DNA of 64,000 bases, from the NCBI GenBank assembly GCA_905331295.1, contig CAJNYD010000012.1:124001-188000 (forward strand), in the 5' to 3' direction. This stretch comes from Rotaria socialis. Taxonomy: Eukaryota. This document shows positions 13,172 to 27,708 of this stretch, one piece after another (the stretch's first letter is position 1; each line of letters begins with the position of its first letter). The position numbers and the translations under genes are program-made. Below the pieces are notes generated by a model that saw only the letters and a program-made list of their open reading frames with translations, ran no database searches and was not told the DNA's origin.

Positions 13172-16100
13172 CTGTTTGTATTATTTATAATATTAAGCTC
13201 GGGTAAATACAAGTGAAAGTTCAAACTCGCTTTTTTTCTTTTTTTGAATCAAAGAAACAAAGAATTTTTCTATAACGTATATATTGTAGAATGTTGTTGT
13301 TGTCATTGCGGTTTACGTATCAGAATTGTGCAAGAACATTCAAGGTCATAACAGAACACAACAACACAACACACGAGCGCTAGCCAATTTTTACAAGGAG
13401 AGAAAAAATTCGAACGACAAGGAGAGAAAAAAACATGTGAAGAATGCATTTTAATGCGACACATGATTTTGTATCACTTGAGCTGTGTCAATCAAATGAA
13501 TTTATTCAATTTTTAGATATGTATAGATCGTCTAGTCTTCCCCTATAATTATTGCTTTACATTTCAACATCATTCGTCATTCAAAGTCGATGCATAGATT
13601 CGAAACAAGCAATCAAACTGGTTGGCCATCGCAGTCCATGGGCGAAATTCGCACCGGTACAGGACGTGCACGACAAACGTCAGGTAAAATATTCATCTAG
13701 CTCTAGAGAAAAGAACAAGAATATGATTTGCCAAGCACTCATCATGCGTCGAGTGACCGTGTCACATTGTGTTGAGTTATTATTATATGTATGCATATAT
13801 TATGTTCAATAAGCAAGCCAGTATTTGATATCAATATATGTTGAATGCATTGCGTGCAGACACATTTTTGTACACAAGGAGAGAAGAGAGAAAGAGAGAA
13901 AAGGACTAGAGAATAATTGCTCGGTTATTTTTTACTCATATCAAACTTTGTATATGTCATGCCGAATCGATCGAATTTCAAACAATTGCAAACAAAAGGT
14001 ATGATAATTGGATTGTTAAAGTAGATAGCAGAAAATAGTATTAGTTTTAAGATTAGAAAACTATTTAAAAAAAGTCAATAACTAGAAAGAAATCGTTTTA
14101 ATTTGTTTGATATAATCTTAAAGGGAATGATTGATAATCTATTATGTTATGGCGTAGTTAGAGTTCTGAATAAATTTGTCGAGCTAGAAATTTATAGAAG
14201 TTCTGATTGTTTAATAATGTTTTAGTCCAAGAATATATTTCTAATCTAGTATTCTCTCATCAAAAGAAAAGAACAGTGGAATTTGTTTTTATTGATCTTC
14301 AACATAACCAATTGAATGATTAGAATTTCTTTTTGAAAAATGTAAGAGTGAAATCTGCATATTTTATTAAACACATTCCTAGTCTTTCTGTTCTTGGTAC
14401 TATGATATAATACAGATATTATATTGCTCAGAATTCATACTTTTATAATCAGAAAATTGAGATAAGGATGTATTGTTTCTAGACATCGAGCTAGTAAACG
14501 TGGATTTCATGTACACACACGAAGTGCCATGCATTCAGATTTTGCATGGCAACGAATTTGACTCAGTGGGAGATTTTTCTTTCCAGGCAATATAATGAAG
14601 TTTGATGTATGCATTATTTTATTCTCGTTTCAAAACATTCCTCTTCTCCACCGATGGTAGCTGGTTCGAGCTACCGCAGCTATGAATTTGCTTGTGTATG
14701 ACATTAATCTTACATTTCTTTGAATGTGAGAACCTTCCTTGATAGAGAGCTCGGATTATTATTTCATTAGAATAATAAAATTATTGATTTCTTCCATTAG
14801 GAAAAAGAACGTTTTGTATACCTACACGTTAGATAACAGATAATATCAAGGTCTAAAAAACAAGATCGTTTGTTTTTTAAAAACAACTAAACGATCGATG
14901 CACCACGCATTTTTCTATTACCAATCAGTCAATAAAAGAGAAAAGTGAATCGATGCCTTTAGTGAGCAATTCACCGAGCTTCTAAGTCAACAACAACGAC
15001 TTTTCTTTATGTCTGTTAGCCATGCGGTTATTTTTATAGCCAAAAATTTATCTGCAATCGAAAGAAAAATATATATAATCAGATGAAAAATAAAGTCGTC
15101 TGTTTTTCAACGTAAAATATTACGATATCTCTTTAATGATACTACATGTTTTGAAAACTAAAGATTAAGGACACTTCGAAGCGAAAAATATCAAGAACAC
15201 ATAAACATTCGTATTGCTTTGCGAAGAGTAAAAAAGCAAGTCATTCAAACCTTGACATGCTTCATTTTTATTTTGGCATATAAATTTGCAACATTTTAAA
15301 TACGACAGGAGAAAAACATGAAGGATAGAGTTTCATTAAAATATCGATTAAGTTTATTGAAATATCCAGATAAACAAGCAGAATCTCAGATGTTGTTATC
15401 GTTCTTGTGATGATTCGAAAAAAACATCATTCTGGTTGGCTACGCATTGTGAAAGTCTACTGGCGCAGAAATGCTATTGAATATATATTATAAATTTGAT
15501 AGCGCGAGCACAGCTGTTGTCGCGCAGTTGACACAAGAGATGTTCTGCTATTACCCTTATTTATGATTTAATAAATACTTGAAAAATCTAAACACATTCT
15601 CGTTCGTAAACGATATTGATTCATCGGTTCGATTCGAAAATATTTTTTCAATTTAAACTTTAATTTTAAAATTTCTATTAAACAATTTACAATAATAAAC
15701 GGCTTAATTCGATCCTATTCATCAAATAAAGAACCTACATAGACGATTAAAATCTTTTGATTATCAAGTTTTATTTGTTGATACACCTTATTGACTTAAT
15801 AAGAAGATATTTTGTAGGAAATTTGAGCAGAGGATAAAAAAAAAGTTACTCATGCTATCATATTCAATGCAAAATAAATAAATCGGTTAGTTGAGTTTTA
15901 AAAAAGGTCAGGGTTACTTTTTACAGCTCCAATCGTTGATTTAACGTGTGTCAGAAGTAAACAAAGAAAAAATGTTTCGTGGGCAAGATGAAAGGAACTA
16001 TTATAAAATGTCAGATATGATCCGTACGCGTTATTTTATGGCCTATAAAAACATGAGTGACTGACGCCTTCAAAGGCAACGATTGGATACTGGCAATGAT

Positions 16101-16449
16101 GCTAGCATAAGTGCCATTAGTCTCTCGACAACAGTACGAAATAAATATCTAGTCGACTTATTTTTTCCTACATATTTTATGAAAGATGAAGCCAGTCGTT
16201 TATACAATTTCACAATATCATTCAGCTCCTAGAGGTGAGTAGATACAAATCAAATTTCATTCATTTCCTTCTATTAACTAAGTATATAAGAAAGTAAAGA
16301 TCATTTTTATTTTGTCCTTCTACTGTCTGTATGGATTCTATCCAGGCTCATTTATTTCGATTGATATTCTTGAGAGTAAGAGAGAAAGATTAGAATAAGA
16401 TACGTTTCTCGATTGTCAGTTGTCATTATTCATATCGATACAAAAAAAA

Positions 16450-19400
16450 ATGTTCGTCTCTTCAGCAGCAAAACAAGTCTATGTTACTCATGCATATCCA
16501 CCGCACATACGAGGCACACCAGAATACAATCCATTATACGATGCATTTGAATCGCATCAGATTGCTGCACGAATAGATCCATACGTAAATGAATTTCGAC
16601 CAATAGCACCGCCAAAAGCAAATATTGCACGAAATATTCATCATGACATTTCAAGTACATACGATAAACCGCGTTCGTATCGTCACAATGATGAACAAAA
16701 CCAAACTACAAATCAACAACGTCAACGTACGCCTCGTTCGCAAGAACAATTTGGTGAGACACGAATACAAAGAGAGCACAAACATCTTTGCAATACTAAT
16801 AATTATTTATGATTCTAACCAATGATTTCTTTTGCACATTAAAAGATTTTGATTTCTTTTGCTCTACTAACTCTTCTCATTTTTTTTTACTTAGAAATTA
16901 GGCTTCTACTAACATAACACACACAGGGTTCTTTTTCACTTTGTATTAGTTCACAAATGTGTGATTTTGCAACAAACATTTGATATTCGATGACTATACT
17001 AATATGTTAATCTTAAAAGTTTAACATTTTTTCCTACTCGCATTTTTATAATCTATCCAATAAACGCAATTAATTGTGTCGTCAAAATTTTTGTTTTAAT
17101 ATTTACTTAGAAGAACAACAAAAAGAAACAGTTATTCAATAGAAGAACGTAGCATATTCAAATGACCCATACACGCATAAAAGAAACGATGACATCGAAG
17201 GCTAACTATAATAAACATTGATAGGACGACAGGGCTGTTCTTTTTCCTCCTCTTCTTCTTTTCTACGTTTGTATATTTTCTCTCAGCAATTCTTTCATAT
17301 AGAAAAATGTTTGGAACATAGGGCCGCTTGTTCGTTCGCTCGCTCGCTCGTTCGCTCGTTCATTTTGTTGCTTACTTGCCACATCAGAACAGACGAACTG
17401 TCTTAGTCAATAGCCTTTTTTTATTCACATGATGGATAGGGCACAAAGAAAGTCTATTGAAAAAAAATGAATAGATTATGGTCTTTTAGAGCAGACAAAA
17501 AATGGCTCGTGTGGAAATAAAGAATCTGTTTTTTCTTACGTTTTATTGCGTGAAGTATAACACGATTCTTTAACGATTCTTATCTTTATTTGTTTGTATT
17601 TCATTTCGTCATGTTCATTTATCTATCATTTTAGAATCAACACCAACTAGTGAAGTTGATCTTCTGATGGATCGAGTCGGCGGTGACACAAATGAAAAAA
17701 ATGATTTAGAAACATGTAAACGTCAAAAAAAGAACAAACTTCGCCGAGTTCTATATAATTTTGTGGATTTTCTTGCAATTTTCGCAAGTATGATTCTTAT
17801 TGATTCTGGTTAAAAATCAACAAATCAATATTTCTTTGCTTCTGTCTTTTAGCATGCCTTATTTTTGGCCTTATATATTTGTTGATTAAGCCGGTGCAAC
17901 GAGGCTTCTTTTGCGATGATACATCCATACAATATCCATTTCGAAATGACACGATTCCAATGTGGCTCTTGGGAATCTACGGAGGTGTTGGTCCTATTTT
18001 GATTGTAAGTAATAGAGTATATATTTAATACATCCATCATTCATATAAAAATCAAATATAAAAGTTTATGGGATAAAATCATATTGACATGGATGAAATA
18101 CGATGATAAGAAAATTGTTCATGTATTCAAATTAATGGTTTGTTAAATAGTATTCGTTGTTTACTGTACTCATTACATGCTTCATAGATCGATTTTACGA
18201 TTATTTTCCAAAATTTTATATTTTGATAAGACAGCATAGTAGTTCATTAGCTAGTATTAAAAGAATAACTATAATCTTGTTAGTAGTATAAGCCACATTT
18301 ATATACTCGCGTACAAAACGGAATTGATGAAAGGTCGAAAGCTTATTAACAAATATCATTTCGACATGTATAAAACATACAGAGACAGTTTTATCAATCG
18401 TGCTGATTTTTCTGTATCAGATTTTGATTGATATTATTATCGGTGTTTACTTTTCTACGATACATTTTTTGTACATAAACGTCTTCTAATTAGAAATCAC
18501 AATTTGATAAGATAAGAGTTAAGCTGAACGATTGACTAAGCAATCTTAAACGTGATAGAAGAACATTTCAGTGAATGTTTACACAAAACCATGGGAAACG
18601 ATTAATAAGGAAAATCTGTTCGTGTAGTTCCTATGGAATTCAAATGTGAAACACAATGTAGCTACTCGTACTAATTATATAAAGATTGTTTTATTTTCTA
18701 TTCAATCCTCTAGATACCTATGTAATAAAGTATTAGCTCATAGGCAGTCTCTTGTGGCATATTAACATCTAGGGAAAACTCGAAATATTTTATTATGTAT
18801 TAAATGGGAATACATGTGTGTGTTTATTTTAGTTTTTTTGTGTTGAACTATGGGTGGTTCGACCCGGATGTGGTGGTGTCAATGCAAAGCAACGACGAAA
18901 CGATTTTTTTAAAACAATTTTTCATACAATATTTCTATTTGTTCTTGGTATTGCTGTTTGTTTTCTTATCACCGAAGTTGGCAAACGTAAGAATAAAAAG
19001 GAATGTTCAACGATAATTTTAATCATTTGTCTTTTCAGGTACAATCGGTAGATTGAGACCATATTATTTAACTATTTGTGATCCTATTTGGGCGAATCTC
19101 AATTGTACTAAAACTGTAAACACAGCGAGTGGCTTTTTTGCTATTCCGCAATATATAACCAATCATAGATGTAATCCAGCTGCATCGGAACATGATCTTC
19201 AAGAAGCCAAACTATCGTTTCCGTCGGGTCATTCAAGTTATTCAACTTACGCATTTATATTTTTATTTGTAAATATAAATCTAAATGAACGATTTTTCAA
19301 AATTAACAAACATTTACATTTTTTAGGTTTATTTTGAAGCACGACTTGTTTGTCCTAAAATTAAATTTTTAAAACCATTTTTTCAATGTCTATGTGTTGC

Positions 19401-19882
19401 TATTGCATTTTTCACATGCCTTTCACGTGTTACTGATTATAAGCATCATCCAACCGATGTTATCGGAGGAGCATTAATCGGTTTTTGTATCGCTGTATTC
19501 ACTGTAAGTGTATTTAAAATCGATAAATTGTGTTTCTTTTTAAACTATATTTTCTTTTTGTTTTAAGGCCGTACGCGTTGGAACATATTTATGGAGTTTC
19601 AGTGTTTATTGTGAAACAGAGGACGAAACTGCAAAAGATCGTTTGCCTAAAGAAGAACGTATTAATCTACCTTGTTTAGAATCACAGGCACCAGGTGGTG
19701 CACGTTCAAATGAACCCGTTCGATCAGGTACGGAGCGCGAACGTATAAGTAATCGATCGAATTATGATAATGTTGCAGTTACACAAGGATCACAACAACA
19801 ACGAGTTGCGTCCAGTATTGCGAAGTCGAACATTGGACAACGCGTCTCACCGGGCAGAGGATATGAAGAAGCAAACGTCTAA
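16450..19882 (+). CDS. PAP2-family phospholipid phosphatase (PLPP/wunen-like)
   Basis: GFFCDDTSIQYPF; catalytic motifs KRTIGRLRP, SFPSGH, SRVTDYKHHPTDV across exons from 17635 to 19882. Upstream exon 16450-16753 joins in phase (G|gtgag ... ttag|AA) but is less certain. Confidence 0.9.
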
Positions 19883-21224
19883 GTATTTCGCTTAAGATTT
19901 CAGATAGAGATCTATCGGCCTTTCTGTAACTATAATATACTCCCAACAAGTTTAACCGTGTGCCAAAACAATCTTATAATACGCTTAATCGTCTTTAATG
20001 TAATCATGTTATTCTTTATTTTATATGTTGTACTACAACAAAAATAATGCTTAATTCAAAAACAAAATATAGAAACATAAGCTCAATCATAATTTCGAAG
20101 CTCGCCTTTTTTTTGTATGAAATTCATAACAATTTAATAAAGTAAATGTTTCATTATAAGAGTAGAAAAAACTAATAAGATTTAGTCGAAGAGACATGCA
20201 CTTCTATAAATTATCATAAATTGAACATTCTCATATTGCATGAAAGATACTGCTACATATTGTGAAACATGATATCAAACAATTGTTGAACTATACATGT
20301 TGTAATTATACACTCTTTTTCGAAAAAACTGTGATACATATCGAAGCAACATCTTTGTTCGTGTCAAAATTAGTCACCTGGTTCATTGTAAATGCACTGT
20401 TGAATATCGCCAATGGCATGTATGAAGATTACAAATCGAAACATGGTGCAGATTAATGGCTCCTCATATATTTTAACCTTTCAATGCTGGTGCTGATGAA
20501 TTTTTCAACTTTATCGTACTGCATACTGATTGTTCTGTAAAGGTTAATGACTCTTAGAGTGACGCATGAGGAATTCAAATTTGACCAGAAAACGTAAATC
20601 TAAAGTGCTGTATCAAAGATATTTTTAGTCGGAGATAAACATCAGTCTCATTAATCATATGTGCTTCGAAAGATTATTTGAAGTTTTATAGAGACTAATG
20701 CCTGAGAAATATAATTGGGCTGATGAGTTAAAAACCTTCAAAAACTTTTCGTTTCAGTGGAAGAGTGCGTTTAAACGACAAATTGCTTTGAGCCGAGATA
20801 GTGTGCACTATATCAAAGACCTGAAAATAGTTTTTCTATCAATTTATAGTTCTACGTGTTCTTATTTCGAAAGTTAACTGGTAATAATATTCATAAATCA
20901 TGTTACTAAGCGATTGCTAAAGGTTTCTACTCATCATACAAAAGTTGCCAACGATTAAAACAGCACACCGCGTCAAGTCGAGTTTTTTCCTCACAGTTCT
21001 CAAATTAATCATTTTAACTCTAGACCAAATCTTTTATTCCATCGAAATTATACAAAAAAAGAATGAAACGGAAACAATACATCACCTTTATGAAAGAATT
21101 AAACAAATGAATTACGTCTGAAAGACTAACGGGTACATATTCGCTTTGTAAATTCACAAGCAGAAAAAGAAACATGAAAAGAAAAAGAAAAAGAAATTGA
21201 TAGTTCATCTAAATGAAAATGTGA

Positions 21225-23114
21225 TTAATGTCTACGAAATTTTTTCGTTGGTGCAGCCGATTCAACATAAAATGCATGTACATCACCGGATGGATTAATT
21301 GTACAACTATATTTATCCGTATAGTGATATTTACCAAGAAAGTCACCATTGAATGATTCAAAAAAATTATAATCTTGATATCGAATTAGCCCAAGATCTG
21401 CCAAGCTAATAGTCACTTGAATTGGTGTTCCGTAAGGATCAGGATAGAGTGCGACAAACTATAAATAATTACAATAGAAAATATTTTCATAGAAGATTAA
21501 TATTAGAAACAAACCGCAACACGATCATCTTCCAATGGTTTACTCCATACTTCAACATTACCATCCAACTACAAAGAATAGAAGAAAAGAATTTCGAGAA
21601 GATTTTTCTCTTATCTATTTACTTTAAGAATACGTCTACCCATAGCCCCAAGGGGATCTTGATTGATAGCAATCAGATTTTTATTTAAAATAATCGCTCG
21701 TGCCCAATCACTGATTGTTCTTAAGTCAACCGACAGAATAAGTGGTGCAGCCATAATTGACCAAAGTGCCATTTGTGCTCGTGATTGACCTGGACTTAGA
21801 CCAAAATTTCCAATGACAATCTATAGAAATCATTAATCAAAAATAAATTAAATTAAAATAAACATTTTCTCGAACCATATCTGGATCATTCCAATGTCCG
21901 GGACCATGAAATGGTGATAAACGATCTTGATTATCACCAAACCATTGTGCAATTGAATAAACACTGCCCCATGAATCATCGATATCAGCCCAATTTCTCC
22001 ATAAATTACATGTTTGTGCAATAGCCGTATAGTTTGGCTTTATTTTTGAAAATTCTTGATAGGCTGGCCATGAACACGAATATGCAATTGGAAAACCAGT
22101 TGAGTTTAATGCTTGTTCCATAGCTGGATAACCTGTATCGAAATCTTTTATATCAGCATTACAACCATCTAATTTTAAATAATCTACTTTCCAACTAGCA
22201 AAAGCTAAAAAAATATCAAATATGATTATTTTTGTTAAATAAAATTTCTAGATCAATCCGTTTACTTTTAGCATCTTGTTCTAAATGTCCTAAAATACCC
22301 GGATAGCCTGCACATGTTTCTGTGCCATAATCTTCATAGATACCGAATTTCAAGCCTAACGAATGAACATAATCAGCTAATGCAGGTATACCACTTGGAA
22401 AACGTTGGTTATCAGGCTGTAATGAACCATCCTAAAGAGATACGCACATTATAAATATTTTAATTTATTCTATTGAAAATTTACAGGTGCACGCGTTGTA
22501 TTTAACCAACAGTCATCAATAATGATATACTGATATCCAGCAGCTAAATATCCACCATCAACAAGTAATTGAGCTTGTGTTCGAATTAACTTTTCACTAA
22601 AAATGAATCGAAAATTAGTAAAACTGATTTTCACACAGTAAACGATTATTCTGTACTGAAAAACTACCAAGCTACGACATAATATTGAACAGTGATTTCA
22701 CAAAATACCATCTTCGAAAATTGTTTTAAGTGTCGACGGCGAAAACGTTAAAATTTCTCTATACTCTTTTAAGAGGCTCAGTTACATCGTAACTCTTCAT
22801 AATAGAAAATCTTTGACTTTCACTATCAAGTGGCGGTAGATTACTGTCCCCATTTTTTCTCTTAATTTACCCAATACATGTATCCGGATATGTTTTACAA
22901 TCAGTTACACAACGAAATCGTTGCCATGTTAGCCAACCCTTAACAAGAAAATAATCAATGAATAATAAATTTCGCCTTTCTTTCTACAGCCTAGAAACTC
23001 TACCATGGGTGGTTGTCGAAGTAAACCATTATCGAGTGCATTGACTTGATGATTATATGAACACAAGTACACAACTAGAAAAAGACATCCGACCACATTC
23101 TCTGTCCACTTCAT
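21225..23114 (-). CDS. NAGA: GH27 alpha-N-acetylgalactosaminidase
   Basis: Signal peptide, [34 protein letters not shown] (nucleophile), [32 protein letters not shown] matches the NAGA-type rather than the GLA-type (YSCEWPLY) specificity pocket. Confidence 0.9.
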
Positions 23115-23609
23115 GTTAATAATCTAGAAATTTTAAGAGAATAAAACACGATTGTTATCTTGTCGTCTCGTTCTTGCCCCCTCTATGCTCTGCCTTTCAA
23201 GTTGCAAAAAGAAGATAACATAAATGTTGATTATTATTGACCTTGCTCATATAATCGACTCAACATAGTCGCTCCTTCTTTTTCTTTTATCTTCTCGAAC
23301 AAACTAATTGAGAATAGCATTTGTTTGTTTGTTGAAATTCTTCCTATCAAGAGTGAAAGTAAGCCAAACAGAAAAAACACCAAGAAATGAGAAAAAAAAA
23401 GAAACATTTCAAAGCATCTTAGATAACCAACACCGATTTCATTTTTGATAGTCGAAAAATTATTTCATGGAAAAATGAAATCATATAACGGTAGAAAATA
23501 TTCGTGTTAGTGTATTTAAAAACATAAAAAGCATAGCAAATATGTATTCCTGGTCAAACTATTTACAATTAAGAAAAAAAAACCTAATAAATAGAAAAAT
23601 CACATTGAA

Positions 23610-26205
23610 TTATTGACCGAAAGAATTCGGATAGAAACTATTAGTCTCTTGATTTCCAGTATTAGCATGAAAAGAGGAACTTTGAGCACGAGTATAAGAC
23701 GATGGCGGTGGATAGTTTGGTAATGGTGGCGGTGGCTCTGAAAAATAAAACGAATTAATAATATAATTAATTGATGATTAGTTGCTTACCATAACTAGGC
23801 AATGGCGGTTGATTAGATGGATAATCTATATGAAAATAAAAAACAGTGAAATAAATATTAGTTCTTAAAATGCTTCAATGCAGTTTATTTCAATTGCTAT
23901 AGACTCTGATAAGAATTCAAATAGATCAGAAAAATCGATTTGTTAAGTTTGATGCATGCAGGTCAGCAGTATCGTATAAATCTGTCTATTGAATCCTTAT
24001 CTCAGTTTACAGTAATACAAAGAAGTTTATGCTAAACTACGTCGCATCATTTTGAGAATCGTGTTGTTATGAGACAAATCAAAATTTCTAACATACGTAT
24101 AGGATTGATATAACTCGATGGAGGAGCTGAATATTGTGGTGGATCATAGTGAGGTTCAGTTGAATATGGCCAAGATACTTCTGATGCAGCTGATTGGTCA
24201 TTATAATCATCTACTGGTGATGTATAACTATTGTTGTCATCATTCCATGGATAATTTGAACTTGTCGGAGGTGGATAATATGAACTTGACGATGGTGGAT
24301 AGCTGGAACTTGATGGCGGTGGATAACTTGAACTTGTGGATGGTGGATAATTTGAACCTGTGGATGGCGGATAATTTGAACTTGTCGCTGATGAATAATA
24401 ATTTGCCTCGATGGAATAAAATTCTTGGGAATTATCACTTGTATCATTATATGGGCGAGCACGTTTAGGAAAAAATGCATCATATTCATTGGAATATTGT
24501 TCATAGGGTATTGGACGTTTTGTTGAAGGATAGTAATTATTAGTATTATTGGCGGGTGAATATGCCATTTCATTGTTAGGATCAAATGCACCGAAAATAT
24601 TTTGTGAAGTTGGTGGATTAAAATCGTGATCGTATGGCTCATAAGTACGGCTACGAGGATATGGTTGAGAACGATATGGACGTGATTTTCTTGACGATCT
24701 GGTAGAACCAGAAAACGAAGAGGGGCTCTGATCACGAGTTATAGTATCATTTCGCGGGATACTTCCTTGTTTAGCCTAAAACGATAAATAAACAAATAGT
24801 CTTATGCATGATAAATGCGAACACACTTGAGTTTTGCCTTGACTGGGTGGGTTTGAAGGAGTCTGGTGGCTTGATCGATTGGAAATTCGATTATGAAGCG
24901 TACTTTTGAGATGCTAATAAAAAGATAATCGTAATGCTTTTATTTGCATCGAAGCGCCACAAGGTCTTACTTCAATAAGTTGTACTTTATTTCTAAATCT
25001 TTTTGCACATGGTACACATTGATATTCGAAACTATCTTTTTCTGCATCTGATATTGGTATTTTATAATTTTCAAACTTGATATTTATCTCAGCTGCTTCT
25101 TTAGCACAAAATTCTATCATGAATAAATAAATAAATAAATAAAATCCAACACGAAAAACAAAGATCAAACCTGCGTCTTTCACTCTTGCTTGATGTTGTT
25201 TTTGAGCAAGATGATCAGTTAGATCATTTTCGGAATTCAATTGCATTGAACACACATCACAGTAATTCGACGAAGAAGGATTATTATCTGGAATGATGCG
25301 CGTTGATGTTGGATTAGTTGGCTAAAATATTAACGAACATTCACTCTTACTTCTATAGAATATACAACGATGCCATAACAGAACATGTTGTGATAAAAAT
25401 CGAGTCAGAGTAGTTGTTCAGTCTCTTAACTATTCTCACAAAGGTTTGTTTCTATATAGAATTAAAAATGAGTTTCCTGTAGAGAAGCCACAGTAGTATA
25501 ATATATTTCGAGCAATAAATCATGTGTCTGAAGGTCTTTTCGGGATATCGTTAATATTAGTATTAGAATTTCCCACCAAAAAAAGGATCACTTACATTGT
25601 TAAGTTTTATTTTCGCTTGATGTTTTTTTCCAGAAACATGATTCTCAAACATTTGTTGACTATTACACGAAATATTACACATATTACAATTAAGCGTTTT
25701 TGGCGGCATCACAGGCGGCTCAATCTGCGTTTCATTTGCATTTAATTCTGACAAAGTAACATCTGATTTTTCACTTTCATTATTCACAACTACTGGTTCG
25801 TGTTTTCTAGCACAGAGTTCTTCATAGGTTGGTGCTTTGTACTGAGGATTTTTCTAAAGAAAATACAATTCAATATTAAATAAGCAACGAAATGCGATTT
25901 CTTACATTTAGCATAGTTTTTAACTGTGTTTGATGTTTTTTTCCTTTCATATGAGAATCAAAAACAATTGGACCGCTTATTGGTACTGAACAAATATCAC
26001 ATTGTACGGTCGGCGTTGCACTGGTTGTTTTAGTACTGTCTAATGTCGTACTATGATTATTATTTCTTTTAGATTTTTTCGTTTTTTCAATTGAACTTGT
26101 CGAAGCTCTTTTTTGCAATTCTTCTATATCTCCTTGGTCAATTTTAAATGGATCTTGATTATCTTTGATTTCGGGAATATTTTCAAATGCCGTAAACGAA
26201 CTCAT
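23610..26205 (-). CDS. Matrin/U1-type C2H2 zinc-finger protein (ZNF385/ZNF346-like) with low-complexity C-terminus
   Basis: Four widely spaced fingers: CDIC...HMKGKKH, CNMC...HVSGKKH, CDVC...HLAQKQH, CVPC...HLKSTLH; Y/S/P/N-rich tail; last exon ends NSFGQ* at 23610. Confidence 0.8.
24246..24390 (-). repeat. Coding ~24-bp tandem repeat (SS[N/S]YPPx[T/S])
   Basis: SSNYPPST GSNYPPST SSSYPPPS SSSYPPSS SSYYPPPT SSNYP in ORF 24047..24568. Confidence 0.9.
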
Positions 26206-26616
26206 GCAATTTTCTGTTGAAAATGACTATTGAAAATAGAAACAGAATAAATGCTAAGTTTTCGACTGAAAAATAAAATAATCATACCACATATGTATCA
26301 ACCATTTTAAGAATAATTCAATTGAAAAATAAAAATAAGAAGGTTTAATCTAAAAAAAACAATACTCAATGAGAAGAAATGTCTTTCTACAATCAATTTT
26401 AATTTTATTCATTCTTTTGACATGTATTAATGGTGGAAAATAAAAGCCCGAACACCTACAATATTAATTCAAGAGTAGCATTTAAATATAAAAAAAAAAA
26501 AAACGGACGGATTAAATTGAACATACAAATATGCACATTAAGTAACATTCAGATTGTTATTGTTTCAAAAAAACAAACAAAGAAAGATAATCTGATCGAA
26601 TAGAGAAAATGAAACA

Positions 26617-27613
26617 TCAAAATTCGACACCATATTTATCGAAATTACGAACAATCACATGCAAACGTAAATGAACTTTGCCCATAGATACTGTTCGTAA
26701 TTTGTACAATTCAGCACTTGACGAAACTAAATCAGGATTCTAAAATATAGAATAATATGTATTTGAAATTGAATTATTTTTGCAAAAAATGATATATATA
26801 TATATATGTATACACTAATATTAGTTCTTTGATAACATTAGAAATTTCAACAGAACTATGAAAGTAAACCACTGTTCCTATTCAACGCTATGATCTAACC
26901 AACAAACTTCTGCCTTCGTTTTTATTTAGATAAACAATTCACTAGTTTCTATCAGAAATTAACTCTGTCGTATTGTCTTCTGTTATTAATCAATACTTAC
27001 TTTTAACTGAGCGCTACCACCAATAAATTGTGTTTTAAGTTCTTCAATAAGACTACCTTTTGGTCTCCAAGTAACACAATCAATTTCATGTAAACCTGGA
27101 CTGATGGGTACATGACAAAAGCCATAACTGTATAATTCATTACGTCCGTATACATCCTGATGCCATACTTGTAACTAATAGTTATATAAAAGATAGATGA
27201 AAATAAATTATGTGATTCTGTATTCAAAATTACTTACATGAAATTTCGGCCAACCTAGAAATACAAAAAATACGATGAAACGTTATATGTTATAAAGCGT
27301 GATAGTCACGGCTCAATAGTTCTTTCTATTTGAATTATTTTTGATATCTTCTGTACTTAGAGATATACATTATTTGTGATTCACTACATATGTTTTTACC
27401 TTGTAAGCCTTTTGTAGCAAAATGTAAATCAATTGGATGACACCAATTGGCCATAGGCTCATCTGATGGTTCATCCACCTGTGTTTGACCTTCGTGATCA
27501 CCTTGTAAGACACGCCATGCACTTCCCATTTGTACTTTCCATTTACAGAACAGACTCGATTCAGGAAAACCACTTGCACCAAGTATTTGTCCAATTACAT
27601 GAACTTCAGACAT
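26617..27613 (-). CDS. B9D2: B9 domain-containing protein 2 (ciliary transition zone)
   Basis: [25 protein letters not shown]...[44 protein letters not shown]...TWRPKG...|...[10 protein letters not shown]; four exons including a ~17-nt microexon near 27238-27254. Confidence 0.95.
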
Positions 27614-27696
27614 CTTTTATATGACTAAGTAGGTAAGATGAATCGAAAACGTAGTTGGCAAGAATAAATAGGCAGTAACGATTCGCATCTTAATTG

Positions 27697-27708
27697 GTTG
27701 CTAGAGAC
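27697..27708. promoter_or_regulatory. X-box-like (RFX) motif upstream of B9D2
   Basis: GTTGCTAGAGAC (reverse complement GTCTCTAGCAAC), ~84 nt upstream of the ATG of a ciliary gene. Confidence 0.45.

Noticed and set aside
14656..14675. Hairpin ggtagct-ggttcg-agctacc (tRNA T-arm- or Helitron-like)
   Set aside because: No cloverleaf and no adjacent CTAG terminus; too short to call.
24047..24735. Overlapping alternative-frame and antisense ORFs in the zinc-finger gene
   Set aside because: One continuous frame runs from the exon start near 24774; the others are shadows of the repeat.
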